Counted from the stretch's first letter, positions 39,250-52,791 are shown. The stretch: 64,000 nt of DNA from Lytechinus pictus (GCF_037042905.1 NC_087245.1:23376001-23440000), one strand, 5' to 3'. Numbers and translations: made by a program. Notes: generated from the sequence alone by a model not told the origin.

Positions 39250-39915
39250 AATAACCAGTGGCGGCGCCAGACCACGATAGGCTTATGTTGATAGGGGGTA
39301 GTGGGTACCGTCATTTATTTTGTTTTCCTCAATAAAACGATAGCTAGGTATTCTATATATTTTCGTTCGTAATCACACCCCCCTCGTTTTTACCGTTCTT
39401 ATCATTCTCTATATTTCACCCACTCCTCCCCTGCAGATTTCCTCATCTCTTCCAATATCCTATCATAAACTGAGCCCCCCCCCCCCCCATTTCTCTCTCT
39501 GTATCTCTCCTCTGCTCATGGCCAGACACATTGCCTCCCATCTCCTTCAACCTTTTTGCCGATTGAAACCTATTATATCACCCACGCAGATCTTTGGGAC
39601 ATGCCGTATATAACCACCAGAGGCGGCGCCATCACGATGGGCATATTTTGATAAAAGGAGGGCGTAAAAGGTGCCGGGTACTGTCTTGAACTTTGTATTC
39701 ATCAATAATTATACGGATATTTTATATACTCTTTCGTTCTTTATTTTTTCCTCGTTTCTCATGTTCTTAACTCCACCCCATTTCTCTCTCGATCTGTATT
39801 CTTCATCTGCTCATTATTGGGCATACACATTTTTTTTCTTTTTGCCCTATCCATATCACTTCCAATTCCCTCGCTCTTCTCTTTGAACCTCATTTTTGCC
39901 GATTGAAAACCATAT
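39250..39915. repeat. Diverged ~360-bp direct tandem duplication
   Basis: ATAACCA..GGCGGCGCCA..CACGAT at ~39251 and ~39610; TTTTGCCGATTGAAA at ~39554 and ~39894. Confidence 0.65.
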
Positions 39916-40614
39916 CGCAAGTAATAATAGAGCCTACCCTTTTTACCAACTCTTTTTCTTCTTGGGGACTTACAAGTTGGTGTGTTCTGTGAATAGATTT
40001 ATAAATTTTTCATGGATTGTAGAGTAGGTTCACATTACGAAAATTCTGAGTAACAGTAAGACTTTTTGATGCCTTACAGTAACAGCGGGACTTTTAGATG
40101 AAACCACTAAGCTCAGGCTAACAGTGAACGTCTTTTTGCTTAACTTGTTGCTTTTGGTTTCAACAATATCAGTCTTATAAACTTGAATGTAGATTTGATT
40201 TCTCAAATTGGTTTTGTGTCTTTCAAATGCAATACTCCAGACATTACAAGCAAGACATCACGATGAACTTGAAAACATATATACGCAAATTCGGGTTTTA
40301 TGTATCTTCGACGAATACTTGAAAAAATATACCATTTGCGACCTATTGGGGTTATATTAATTTCAAAACGTAATAGGTCTTGCTTGTAAGTCGATCTCTC
40401 AATTTCAAAGCACCCACTACATTTAAAACCTCACTACTTTAATGAAAGAAACGTACAAACCATTGTAATTATAGCATATTTTATAGCGAATGTTGTCAAC
40501 GTTCAAATAATATAATCTCGAGGTAGTAAAAGAAAATCCTGAAAGAATAAGATGCACGGGGCACCCGTAAGTGATAATGCAATTTAAGTTCTTTGAAATG
40601 CCTTAATTGCCCCA

Positions 40615-40734
40615 TTTTTTATAAGTGTAATTTATTTTCAATATAAAAACAAATGTACATTATGTTACAAAAATGATATACACAAATACACAAATGAAAT
40701 CCGCTTGGAGCAAATTTGCTGAAGAGATGACAAT
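40615..40734 (-). other. Putative non-coding last exon (3' UTR) of metallothionein
   Basis: Pyrimidine tract plus CTGCAG acceptor at 40735; AATAAA at 40636-40631; pairs with donor AG|GTGAGT at 41264. Confidence 0.6.
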
Positions 40735-41293
40735 CTGCAGATAAAGAGAATACAAAGAGAAGAGAAAAAATATTTTAAGCCATGTTTATAATACATGAAG
40801 ATATTTATTGTTTGTATCCTATGCCTAGCCTGAATGAAAATTTTCACGACTAATGAAACGGAACATGTCAACGGCACGAGTCTATATTACATGGAATCAT
40901 ATAGTAACTAAAGGAAATGAAACCTTTAATTGGAACAAGTGGGTTTGTGTGAAAACAGAAAATTCAAAGAATATGATCAAAGGTTTGAGAAAAATCGGAG
41001 AAACATTGAGAAAATTACGATCACTAATATTATGGAGATCCTCCGTTAGTAATGCGACAAAGATGTGTGAGGTCACATGTGAACAACCTTCCCTTTGAAG
41101 GTTTTTCAAAATATTCAAATATTCTGTCCGGCAAATTGTCGGATCTTACAACTTTCCTCGATTTTGATTGGCTGAGAACTTGTCGGAAACGTCTATGTCC
41201 TTTTATGGAACGCTCCCCAGGTCTGTTTCAGATTCTAATTAAACACACTCGTATGATCACTCACCTTCCTAACGGAAAGAAAATGGTCTTGAC

Positions 41294-41370
41294 CTAGCAC
41301 GTACAGTTCCCCATAGTACAGGCACAGGCACCTTCACATTTGCAGCCATCGGCACACTTACATGCAGCAT
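41294..41370 (-). CDS. MT: Metallothionein, coding exon 3
   Basis: (N)AACKCADGCKCEGACACTMGNCTC*; acceptor TTTCAG| in phase 1. Confidence 0.95.
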
Positions 41371-41969
41371 CTGAAAAAAGGGTAAAAAAAAATCACTTTA
41401 GATGAATACCATCGCTTGGAGAAGTCTCTGATAATGAAAATGCAGTTAATGCAACACATAGCTGTCAGCATGAAAACGATCATCTATATCGTACATATCC
41501 AAAAAGAAAGTGAATTTTCGGGGTATAAAAGTAACTTTCAAGAGTAGCATTCTATGACAACTGATCAAATATTTTTTTGTCACATCCTGGTAATATAAAA
41601 AAAAACACATGCCGGTGACCAATAATTTTATGCCACTCTTTATTATTTGCCCTTTAATTAAAAAAAAAAAAAAAAAAATAGGACCAGCACAGAACGGGTT
41701 CCGAGACGCATCTTCTATATAACCAAACAAACGGTCATATCCTACATTAATGGTTTCCAAATCCGTATTCGTAATATTATATTTTCAATTATGGATATAT
41801 GTCGGTATGTTTAATTAACAGTTAGGACATAATGTTGGCCTATTAAACTAGAATTAATTTAGCTAGGTTTGTTCAATTATTCAGTATAACAATGTATAGG
41901 CCTGTACTTTGCTTAGAGTGAATTCAATAGCAGGATTTATTGATAGGTCGAATTTGATTGGCGACTCAC

Positions 41970-42062
41970 TTGAACATTTTCCACAGCAAGTTCCATCTCC
42001 TTCCTGACAGCACTTTCCTGTGATGCAGCACTCTCCACCCCCGCAGGCACACTGTTTGCCAT
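41970..42062 (-). CDS. MT: Metallothionein, coding exon 2
   Basis: (D)GKQCACGGGECCITGKCCQEGDGTCCGKCS; 93 nt, phase 1/1. Confidence 0.95.
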
Positions 42063-42785
42063 CTGGAATAAAAAAAGAAGTTTAACATAATATAAGTGTC
42101 ACTGGTGTGGAAGTAAAATATATTTTTAAAATCTTATTTTCAGACAAATAAAGCAAAGTATGATAACATTCGTTATCCAATTGTTTACATATCAGATATA
42201 AGCTCGGCGGAGCATATAAAGCGAAAATTCACAACTTCGAATATGAACACTACTTTGAAACATTGAAATCATATTGATAATCAAAATTATAAACTTCCCC
42301 GTGAAAGGGGTGCAAAAAGGACAATATGCATGGGCGACGCCATATTTCCAATAACCCTTTTCGTATTCTTATCTCTTTCTATCCATACTTTCTCATCTCA
42401 TTTTCTTTTTTCTATTCCCCGCTAATATAATAGCATCAATAATAACAATCTATATAGGGACACACACACTCCTTCTCCCCGTGGTATCACCTATGGTTAT
42501 ACAACAACGGAATTTGTCCCAATGTCACAATTGGCCTTGGAGAATTGTATGTGCCCCATGGAAAGGTGGCATTCTCCTTCAGATTAAAAAAAATTGCCGA
42601 ATGCAGACATATTATATTTAGGTAATATCTACCACTTGGCGCAGGGCAACATCAAACGCGTCGGGAGATGCGGCACGCGTGCTCAGATTAACCCTCGATC
42701 ACCACCGTCCCACCGTGGCGCCATTTCAGCATGTTCAATACAAGTACATATATAGTTGTTTTATAGACTAGCTGAAATATCTTAC

Positions 42786-42822
42786 CTTGGCAACAGAAAC
42801 ACTTAACGTCAGGTCCAGGCAT
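42786..42822 (-). CDS. MT: Metallothionein, coding exon 1
   Basis: MPGPDVKCFCCQ then G|GTAAG; spliced product 68 aa with 20 Cys. Confidence 0.95.
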
Positions 42823-42925
42823 CGTGATGGTGTATCGAAACTGGCGATTCTAAGAATAATTAACAAGTCGTTCGTAGGTGCAGGTTTCAGCAAGCAGAAT
42901 GATGAAGACTGGCTTTCCGAGTGGG

Positions 42926-43166
42926 TTTTATGTCTTTTCATCAAGTTCCGTGTGCAAATCCTTCCTAAATTGTTATCAAATTATGTGCACCCGGCCCAGT
43001 TAAGCCTTGGCCTTTGGGGTGTGGTCAAGGATCGACGAGTGCTTAAATTTGCACACGTTATTCTTTTTTTACCATCGAAATGGGGGCGTTTTTGTTTGGA
43101 AATTCAACAGTAGTCTTTTGCACGCCGCATCTTTCAGGGCGGAGGGTGGAGGGGGGGGGGGGGGGG
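42926..43166 (-). promoter_or_regulatory. Metallothionein proximal promoter with four MREs
   Basis: CATAAAA TATA variant 42932-42926; TGCRCNC at 42950-42956 (-), 42986-42992, 43050-43056, 43119-43125 (+); poly-G tract to 43166. Confidence 0.85.
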
Positions 43167-45199
43167 CTATAGGCGGATGCATGGTCCGCAATGTATACGT
43201 ACCCCAGCGATTAACCGTAAATTCACTAGCCCTGATCATGCTGATCGACGATAAGTTGGTTTGATAAAAACAGAAAGAAAATATTTTGGGACATTTGATT
43301 TTCATGAAAACCCAACAAAAAATAACGAGCTTAATTTTTTCCCCATTTTGTGACATCCCCGGTGTGCTTGCATGGTACGTATATCGTGTGATATATTTTT
43401 TCAAAATGTTTTTTTTTTCAAGAAATTGAAAGTTTTCTTATTTCAGCATTCGATATAATTATCATCAGATGTATCAGTTTAATGCATTCAATAAAAAGAA
43501 AAAAAGTATTTCAATCATCATATTTCAATTAAAGAGGAGCTGTTCGCAAATGATATTTTAAATTCGAATATGTAAATCTTCAAACTCTCGTATGCTTTGA
43601 TGGATCCATGAGCATCAACAAACAGGGAACGAGGGAAATATATGTCCTCTCGTGGGGGGGGGGGGGGGTCATGATCTAATTTGTCCCCCACTTTTGAAAA
43701 TTCGCTAAATATTATTGCTCTGCTCCTTGCAAGAAAAACAAGTGTGAAGTAGGCAAGGTTAACCATGCAAATGTGCACCAAATTGCATTATTTCAAGCAC
43801 GATGCAAAATGTTCTCGATGGGTGCCCCGATTATGGCCCTGGGAAGCGGGGTTGCTGTGTGTGTTATTCACCATAGGCATGCACCACCTCCTGGAAAATC
43901 AGGTAGGTATATGCTATAAAGTAGACATTTAATCCAAATCGTATTCATTTTTAGTGGAAACCTTTTTTTTAATTGTCAAATTTGTTCCTTTATAAGGTCA
44001 CTCTAACTTTGGAGTGAAAAGCTTTTCTTTTCTTTTGCTTGTCAAATATTTATTAAAAAAAATGCAGCTCCGGCCCTGTTAAAAATCGTAACGGTGTCCC
44101 TGTTCCTCCAACCCCACCCCCCCCCTTCGGCCCCGCTTCGCGTGCTTGGGTTCGGGCACTCCATTCTTTCGCCAATTTCAGTGGGTTTTATCAGTGAATA
44201 AATTATACGAGTTGTAGTTTATATCGAAAATTTTCCGTTCTGTTTGAACATTTTAGTCATTTTCATATGTTATCATTAATGCAAAAATATTTGTTTATTA
44301 ATGTATAAGCATTGCCTAGATAATGATTCGGAATTTGAATTTATCTACATGTGAATAATTTTTGATATTGATTCTGTTTTCATTAGGTCACTAATGAAAA
44401 ACAGCTTTTTGCTGATCTTTTGTACCTGACTAAATATATTTTAATAAATAATCAAATAAATGAATGAAATATAGGTCCCCCAATGGCTCGCTTCGCGAGC
44501 TCGTGCACTTCGTTCTCTCGCTAAATTGTCAAATTTCATAACTGTGTGCCATATGATGGATCTTTAAGACATATAGTTATCTCTATTTTATTTTCTTGTT
44601 AATCTGTAAAGAAAGCGTGGATATAAAGAAAATTACGACCTCTAGCTGTATTGCTTATTTTAAAACGAACTATGAATTAAGTAACCGATCCGAATATATA
44701 CTTGCTGAAATATGGGGGGGGGGGGGGCGAACGGGTTGATGTCACATCCAGTAACGTAATATATCAATTAAAATCGGAGGAGTTGCCTTTAACCGTTTTC
44801 GAAAAACACATCACCTGTTTTGATACATATATGTGCATGACTTCTTCTATTTTTATTTTGTATATATTCTATCGGATGTTGTTTACGATACACTAACACC
44901 TCTGCTGTTACACAATAATGTACATAATTATGCGTAATATATAGGAATACTTTGTGTTTTTGTTGTTGGTCAACCGGCGAGAGAACTTTCTGTATAGGAA
45001 CAATTTTCATTTTGGCTACCCCTTGCCAAATAAAATAAAATCAATTAATACATACATAAATAAATGAATGAATAAATGAATAAATAATCGACCCTCATAT
45101 ACAACTGATTGAAGAATAAAAGGTGAATCAATTTCTAAGTTTAAGTGCAAAATAACTTGTCTGATTAGGCCTCTTTAAAAAGAAGAAATATCAAAATAC

Positions 45200-47030
45200 C
45201 CTATGCAGCAATTTATTTGGCAGGAGTTTGCACTCGTCTTTCGACTTCCAGAGTAAAGGTTTGATGACCTATCCTATTCTGATTTGCTTAATTATAGAAT
45301 ACCCTGTATATTAAACAAAGCACGAAAACAAACCTACGAATAGAGCAGAGTGAAGAATTTAGAATATGTCTTTTCTGTATTGCGTAACATCGGGGTAACA
45401 TCTTCCGATTAGCAGTTTCAGTATAGCAACAGTTTTGCCCTCATCTTTGCGATCGTCTATGCACTCGACCGACTGCCAGAGCGAAGGTACAGGGACCCCA
45501 GCATTGTTATGGTTCTCTGAATGTCCAAATGCCCTATGTATATATTATAAACAATTCACGAAAGCAAAGAAAAGAGCAGAGCGAACTTTTTTAGAATATA
45601 TATTTTTTCTGTATTATGTAATTTATCTTCCGATCAGCTTTTATTAAGCAACAGTTTTGCACTCTTTAATTTGCGATCGTCTTTGCACTCGATTGCCAGA
45701 GCAAAGGTCCAGGGACCTCAGCATTCTCTGAATATTAATTCACGGAAACGAGCAGAGCGAATTTTGTTAGAAGATCTTTTCTGTATTACGTAACACACTT
45801 ATCTTCTTATCAACTTGTCTTTGGCAATATAGTTTTGCACCCGTCTTTGCGCTCGTTTTTTTCCCTTAATTGGCAAACTTTATAGGTCCATGCTATTTTC
45901 CCATCGCATTGTTTTCTGAATTAATGTCTAAATGCCCTTTTAAACAATTCACGAAAACAAACGTATGAAAAGAGCAGAGTAAGGAATTAAGAATATATAT
46001 TATTCTGTATTACGTAACATTATCTTTTAATCAACCTGTCTTTTGGCAATATTGCACTCTTCTTGTCTTTGCACTCGGACTGTCCAATGTTCTCACTGTT
46101 CTGCCTTTCTCAATCTCTCATAATGCACTGCATGGAAAAACACATCTACCTTACGGCAGAGTGACGTAGCATTTACCTTATTGCATTTCATTTATGAGAC
46201 GATCATTTTTTTTCATTATTTTCATTTTTGTTGATGTTTATTATTGCACCATTCATTTATTTATCTATTTATTTATTATATTCATTTTATTATTTTTTTT
46301 TTGGGGGGGGGGGTATAGTTCGCAGTTTTGCGTTCGTCTTCGCACTCGACCGCTGGAGTCATCAAAATTAAGTCTATTGGCCATTAATTGTCTTGATTTA
46401 TTGTACATGTTGTAACCCCCCCCCCCCGCAAAAAAAAACGAAAAAAAATAAAAGATAATTCTTTATAGAGCAGAGTGAGGATTTTTTTTTCAATTATTGT
46501 TTGTGTAACCCCGCGTGTGTAACATAATATTTTATCTTCCGTTCAGCTTTTTTGGCAAGTATATATATAGTTTTGCATTCGTCTTTGCGCTCGTCTTTGC
46601 ATCGACTGCCAACTTGACCAAAGGCCCAGCAAAGGTCGTTTTGGTTTTCTAGATGTGTAAATGCCCTTTGTATGTAAAAAAAAATATGAAAACAAACCTG
46701 TGAAAAGAGCAGAATGAAGAATTCAGAGTATGTATTTTCTGCTTGCGTAACTTATCTTCCGATCAGCTTTTAATTCTTTATCAACACTTTTGCACTCGTC
46801 TTTGCACTATACAGCCAGAGCAAAGGTCCAGCTAGGGACTCCTTTAATTGTTGTGGTTTTCTGAATGCCTTTGTATATAAACAATTCACGAAAACAAACC
46901 TATAAAGATCAAGATCGAGTGATTCGAAGAATTACGTAATATATTATCTTTTGATCAACTTGTCTTTGGTAATAGTTTTTGCACTCGGTCTTTATAATTG
47001 CGCTCGCCTGTGCACTTGACTGCCAGAGTA
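45200..47030 (+). repeat. Degenerate ~200-bp tandem repeat array (about 8 units) containing 12 MRE consensus sites
   Basis: Recurring AAACAATTCACGAAAAC..AGAGCAGAG..CTGTATTACGTAAC..TTTTGCACTCGTCTTTGCGCTCG..GACTGCCAGAGCAAAGGT; a further partial unit near 47500-47700. Confidence 0.85.
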
Positions 47031-47712
47031 GATCCGTGGACGGGGGGGGGGGGGGGGGGGGGGACTCAAGCATGGTTTCTATGGATGTGCTAGCTGCCCG
47101 GCTGCCCGATATAGATCCTCTTTCAACCCCGGCTTTCACGTTTGCCTATATAATCATATCATTTTTTTTTCATTGACCGACCGTTCTCCCCCGTTCCTGC
47201 ATCGAAGCCCCTCCTTTCAGGCGTCGATCAGCTAGATCTCAATTATAGACCCCCCCCCCCCGCACAATCCCCGAGCACCCACATTATTTTGCAGAGAGCG
47301 ATCGTGTTCTAAAGCCTCCCTGGTTTTCATAGCAACTCCAGTTTTAGTAAATGGTATAGGCCTATATGGTGTTAGATTAGGGGCAGCAAACCCTAGCTAT
47401 TACCCTTTCCAAATCTGAGTGCCCCCCCCCCCGGCACCCGGCAGGTATCCTAGTATAGTTCAATAGCCATAGCAAATAAGATCAGGCCGGAACCCCATTG
47501 TTTTGGTCTTCTGAATATTTAAATGCATTACGGATATATATACAAAGGAGCAAACCTGTATCATTAGAGCTGAGTGAAATATATACAGAATATATATTTT
47601 CTCTATTGCGTAACACAACCAGGTCAGCTTTTTTTTTGGGGGGGTGGGCAATACTTTACATTTTTTTCTTAATGAGCACTCGACCGCCAGAACACGGAGA
47701 TCCAGTAACCCC

Positions 47713-47743
<31 letters not shown>

Positions 47744-47902
47744 GGGGGGGGGGGGGGGTTGAGCCCTATGTACGGGTGTATATGGTGAGGGCTTCAGTCG
47801 GAGAGTAAATTGGTGGTGCAAAATATCCGGTTCTGAACCGCGAGCCGATGCAAGTTAATCGCGTTTACACGCTATGAAAAAGCCGATGCAAAAGCCGATT
47901 AA

Positions 47903-48475
47903 AGGGATGGTCCGGGCTGAAAGTATTTATAGCTTAATAAATAGAATAAAATTCACTGAGCAAAATGCCGAAAATTTCATCAAAACCGGATAACAAATTA
48001 CAAAGTTATTGAATTTTAAAGTTAAGCAATATTTTGTGAAAACAGTCGTCATGAATATTCATTAGGTGGGCTGATGATGTCACATCTCCACTTGTTCTTT
48101 TGTATTTTATTATATGAATTTAGGTTTATTCAAATTTTTTCCTCCAAGAACTAGAAAAATTGGATTGACAACTGATTTAGTGCATTAGATATTTATTGCT
48201 GCAACTTATTTCATTATAAGGGAGACATATTATTCACACAAGTATGAAATAATGAAAAAAATATGATTTTATGTAATAACATAAGAAAACGGAAAGTGGA
48301 GATGTGACATCATCATCCCACCTAATGAATATTCATGACGACTGTTTTCACAAAAAATTGCTAAACTTTAAACTTCAATAACTTTATTATTTGTTATCCA
48401 ATTTTGATGAAATTTTGCTCAGTGAATTCTACTCTATGTATTAAGATATAAATATTTTCAGCCCGGACCATCCCT
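47903..48475. mobile_element. Kolobok-like MITE, copy B (inverted relative to copy A)
   Basis: Perfect AGGGATGGTCCGGGCTGAAA TIRs; TTAA on both flanks. Confidence 0.88.
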
Positions 48476-49319
48476 TTAAGTGTAAACACGGGAATGCCTC
48501 CAACGCGCACCCCGTGATGATCGAGCGATGATTTGGTCTTTGAAAAAAAGAATTACTCTTTCAAATAAGTAAATTTCTGATTTTTTACTTATTGAAGACG
48601 AAATTGCTGTTTTAGTTATTTACAGAAAACCTTCCCTGGCGAGCTAGCTTACCGTTGGTTTTCGGATGGCTGGATAGGCCATGCAGAGTCTCGATCATTT
48701 CACTTTTTTTTAAGAGCTTGTACGTGACAAAAATAACATTCGTCATTCAGAGGTAAAACTTTTTCTGGGAGGCTAATCGTATTTTTTTTCCTTAACAATT
48801 AAAGCAGCAGCCTCTGTGAAGAAATCGTTCACAGGCTCCTGTCCCATAGCGGACAAGTCCTGGATCCATTCCTGATTGAGTATGGGTTTTTTTTCGGTCG
48901 AGCCAAACACAGACACAAATACAGATGGGAGAGGGGCTTGGGACATACGCTTGCCCCCCCCCCCCCATGCAAACAAACACCAAATAACGACCAAGAAAAA
49001 CAAAAGGGAAAGGAAAAGAGAAGGGGGAAATAGGCGATATTATATTCTGAATAATATATTTCGAAATCTATCACAAAATTTGATTTTTAAATAAAATTGT
49101 CAAATGTTTTGCTCGGTCGCTTCGCTCGCTAGCAACTTTTGAAAATTTTACCAATTACGCCTGTAGCCGCTTAAATATTTGGTACATTACGCCACTGAAG
49201 CCAATGAGACATTTCATTCCCCCATTCACAATTCAATACGCCCGATTGACTATGATCATGATGATAAAACATAATATCCAAATGAATATTAAACATATAC
49301 TTGCGCCTATATAAGCTTG

Positions 49320-49660
49320 CCCCCCGGAGGGGGGGGGGGGCAGTCAAATATGGTTTTGAAAGACTGGTCAATGGTCAATCGCGGGGTCAAACGTATTTAG
49401 GGTATTTTTTTTCCAAAGCTTTTTTTTATAGATTAGCTAAACGTGTTCGGGATATGTGTTTTCCCCAAACTTTTCCCCGGGGTCATATTCTGGCGACTTT
49501 TTTAGGGGCCAAAATGTGTAAATAAAGCCCGCGAAAAACTTGTTTAGGGGGTTGTTTTGCACACAGAGAAAAAACTCGTTTAGGGTGTGTTTAGAAATAA
49601 TTTGGTCACGCATGTGTACAGCAATACATTTGACTGCCCCCCCCCCCCCGGGGGGGGGGG
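49320..49660. mobile_element. MITE with CCCGG-poly(G)-CAGTCAAAT TIRs
   Basis: Inverted termini; interior shared with fragment at ~37133-37200. Confidence 0.65.
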
Positions 49661-49771
49661 GGGGTTAAGTCCATCGATACAGTTACTGGAAGAAGAGGTC
49701 TTAGTTAAAACATTGGTCTCAAGATTGTTCCAGTTACAAAGAATCTTCAAGATGAATATAGGATTATACAT

Positions 49772-50585
49772 GAAGAGCTCACTTGCAAAAGGGGTTAGGT
49801 CCATTTTTTAGCAAATTTGATTTTTATGTCTTAATGTATAGATTTTTAGCTCTATAAGATGATACCAAATAAAAGTTGAAATTCTCATTAAAGAGTGAAC
49901 TAAAATGGAAAAGAAAAATCACTTTTTTTCAAAAGGGGTTAGGTCCATTTCATTTTGGTTACAAAAGGGGTTAGGTCCACACAGATTTTTTGGAAAAGAA
50001 TATCTTAAAAAATGTGGAGACATGTAGATTTTTTTTATACCCAAGTTTATGTTCTCATGATAAGGTATCATAAAAAATCAATTTCGCATAAGAATATTGC
50101 AGTATGGGAGAATTAAAAAAATATTTTCTTGCAGTGGACCTAACCCCTTTTGCAACCAAACTCTTCTGAAGATTTCATTTGTCAAAACCGGTTAGGTCTA
50201 TTTTTCATAAATTTTATTGTTTTCTTTCTCTAAACCTCTACATTTTTAGTCGCTCTGATGATACCAAAGAAAATTTGAAATTCAAATGAAAACGTGAATG
50301 AAAGTGGCAAAGAAAAATCACTTTTTTAATCAAAAGAGACAAGATTCATTCCAGTTTGCTTGCAAAAGGGGTTAGGTCCACAATATTTTTTTTTGAAAAT
50401 ATAAAGAAAAAAATTGAAGACAGGTAGATTTCTTTTTATACCCAATTTTGTGTTCACATGATATGGTAGTACATCATGACAATTTAGTTTCTCATAAGAA
50501 TATTGCAGTAAGTGAGAATAAAAAAACACATTTTTTCTCGGAATGGTCCAAAGTAGACCTAACCCCTGTTGTAACTAAACTCTTC
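49772..50585. mobile_element. Dimeric TIR element (two ~400-bp units) with 4-bp TSD
   Basis: GAAGAG...CTCTTC termini with AGGGGTTAGGTCC subterminal repeats; units 49772-50166 and 50168-50585; TSD ACAT. Confidence 0.7.
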
Positions 50586-52791
50586 ACATGTAGGCCCTAT
50601 GTATCAAACTTGCCGAAATTGGACAGCTGATTGTGAGACTGCATTATGGTGACAACTCTCCCATTCTTTGATACTATGATAGATAGGCCTTTGGTTATCA
50701 GAAAGTTGTGGTTTTCCCTTATTAAGCAATTTTCCCGGGGATGTAGGCAAAAATGAACTATAGCACATTTGTACAAATGTACATCCCAATTATATCATTC
50801 TAAGTAGATCGTAAATCCCCATAGGTAGTCATTTCAACTTCATATTTATGACTTTCTCATTGCTAGTCACTTTTGTTCAAACTTTCATTGATTTTCTCTG
50901 ATTATTTTGGTTGCTTTTGTAAAAAAAAACCAAATATGCTTGCTAGGGTAGCATTTGCCACAATCTTCAACTTCAGTTTACTCAGTCTATTGATATTTTA
51001 AGCTATATTGATTACACAAAAATAAGCCTGTTTTTAATTTGAGACTATTTATATTCCATGTTTTAAAGGAGTTAAACTGCATTGATATGGGAACAAGAGA
51101 ACATAACACAAACTTTCATTCACATTGTACATATACTAGTACACCAACAAAATTTAATTTTGCAAAACAAATACTGCAGATGTGATTCAGACAAACTAAA
51201 GAGGGCGCACATAAAAGCTACAAGTTTATAAACACACAATTTTATTGCATGATATCAAAATATTACAGCTACTGCTGAATTATAATATTTACAAATGATT
51301 TTATCATGATAATCACAAACAACATACATTCTGCAACACTGGGAGAATAGGCAAGCTGGTACATTAAATGTTCCTCTACGAACAGAAGGATCTACATGGA
51401 ACATTTGGAAAACAGTAATTGCATAAAATCTTTATATATACTCCAACTAAACAATGTTGCATAAAAAATCATGATGTAACTATGATGCAGTGCAAAAGGA
51501 GTGTTTAATAGTTAATACATAAATATGCATTGAAAGACATCATTGGTTTCAGCAGGGAAGTGGGAGCTTGAATTCCCTCTTCCTTGGTTTAAGTAGTACA
51601 GAGTAATGAGTTAAGATTATGGATAGTTTTATTCTAGGAAATGAATAATTCAAATTTGAATCTGAATTGGAGTAATAGAAATGAAACTCAAGATCAACTG
51701 TATAAATTTTACAAGTAAATTTGCTTTTTGAAAACTACGGTATGTAGTTTTTATACTATTAATTTAATTACAAAACCTCACATGAAATATGAACAAGGAG
51801 CATATGAACTCATTTATCTGAGTCCATTCTCATTCCACAATTTGACTGTATGATTTGTTTATTAAAGACGTCACGGTTACACAGTGCTTCTTATTAACCA
51901 CATGACATAAGAATACATATGGTCCTATTAAAGTATTTCAAAGTTTACCACATGTTCCTTGAATGAACATATATGACTATTAATACATACAATTTTTTGA
52001 TTTATGACACTTATATAAAAATAACCTGAGTACTATTTCTCTACATTTCTTCAAATTGTATTGATTGATTTGAGAAGAGTATAAAAAATAGGAGAATCAC
52101 ATAAACATCTAAATTACAAGTGAGGAAACTATGATTGAGTTATATTCCATTTTCAAAGAAGATTAAAGATTTTCATGTCATAAATGTCCTGGTTTCAGTC
52201 TAACTATGTTCATATCATATGCAACCTCAACACAGGATAGTGTTAACTGATTAATTCACAAATACATAAACTGATGATAGTTGAATAAAGATTCATTCTT
52301 ATTTTGTATATTTTCAGAGACATTATATATAGACTCACAATTAAAATATTTGAATTCATTAATGTGTTTAATCTAATAATCCTGATATAAAACACTTTTC
52401 CTGTATGGAAAACAATCATAACAGTATTTTATGGAAATGTGACAACAAAAATTATGGGAAAGATCAGCCAATAAATAATTAAACTAGAGGAAGAGGGTTT
52501 ATGGCAATTCTGAATGAGAAAACGATCAACATGTTCAGTAAAAACCAATTACGTTGATATTAACTGAATCTCCAAATCCTTGGATTTGAAGGGATTTATT
52601 TGAAAAGGAATCATGCAACGATAATTGGTATTAATGCATGCATTTTTTCATTTTTAAAAACAGTTTTAATCTGTGAAAAATTTCTTCTGAATATATTTCT
52701 ATAGTAAATGACCATCATGAGCAGGAGAATGAAATTATTGGAATAAATAATTCAAGTGATAGGAAAGACACATTTTCTACCATTAAATAGT

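Noticed and set aside
45200..47030. CRISPR-like repeat-spacer array
   Set aside because: Eukaryotic context; whole units are homologous and degenerate, with no unique spacers or cas genes
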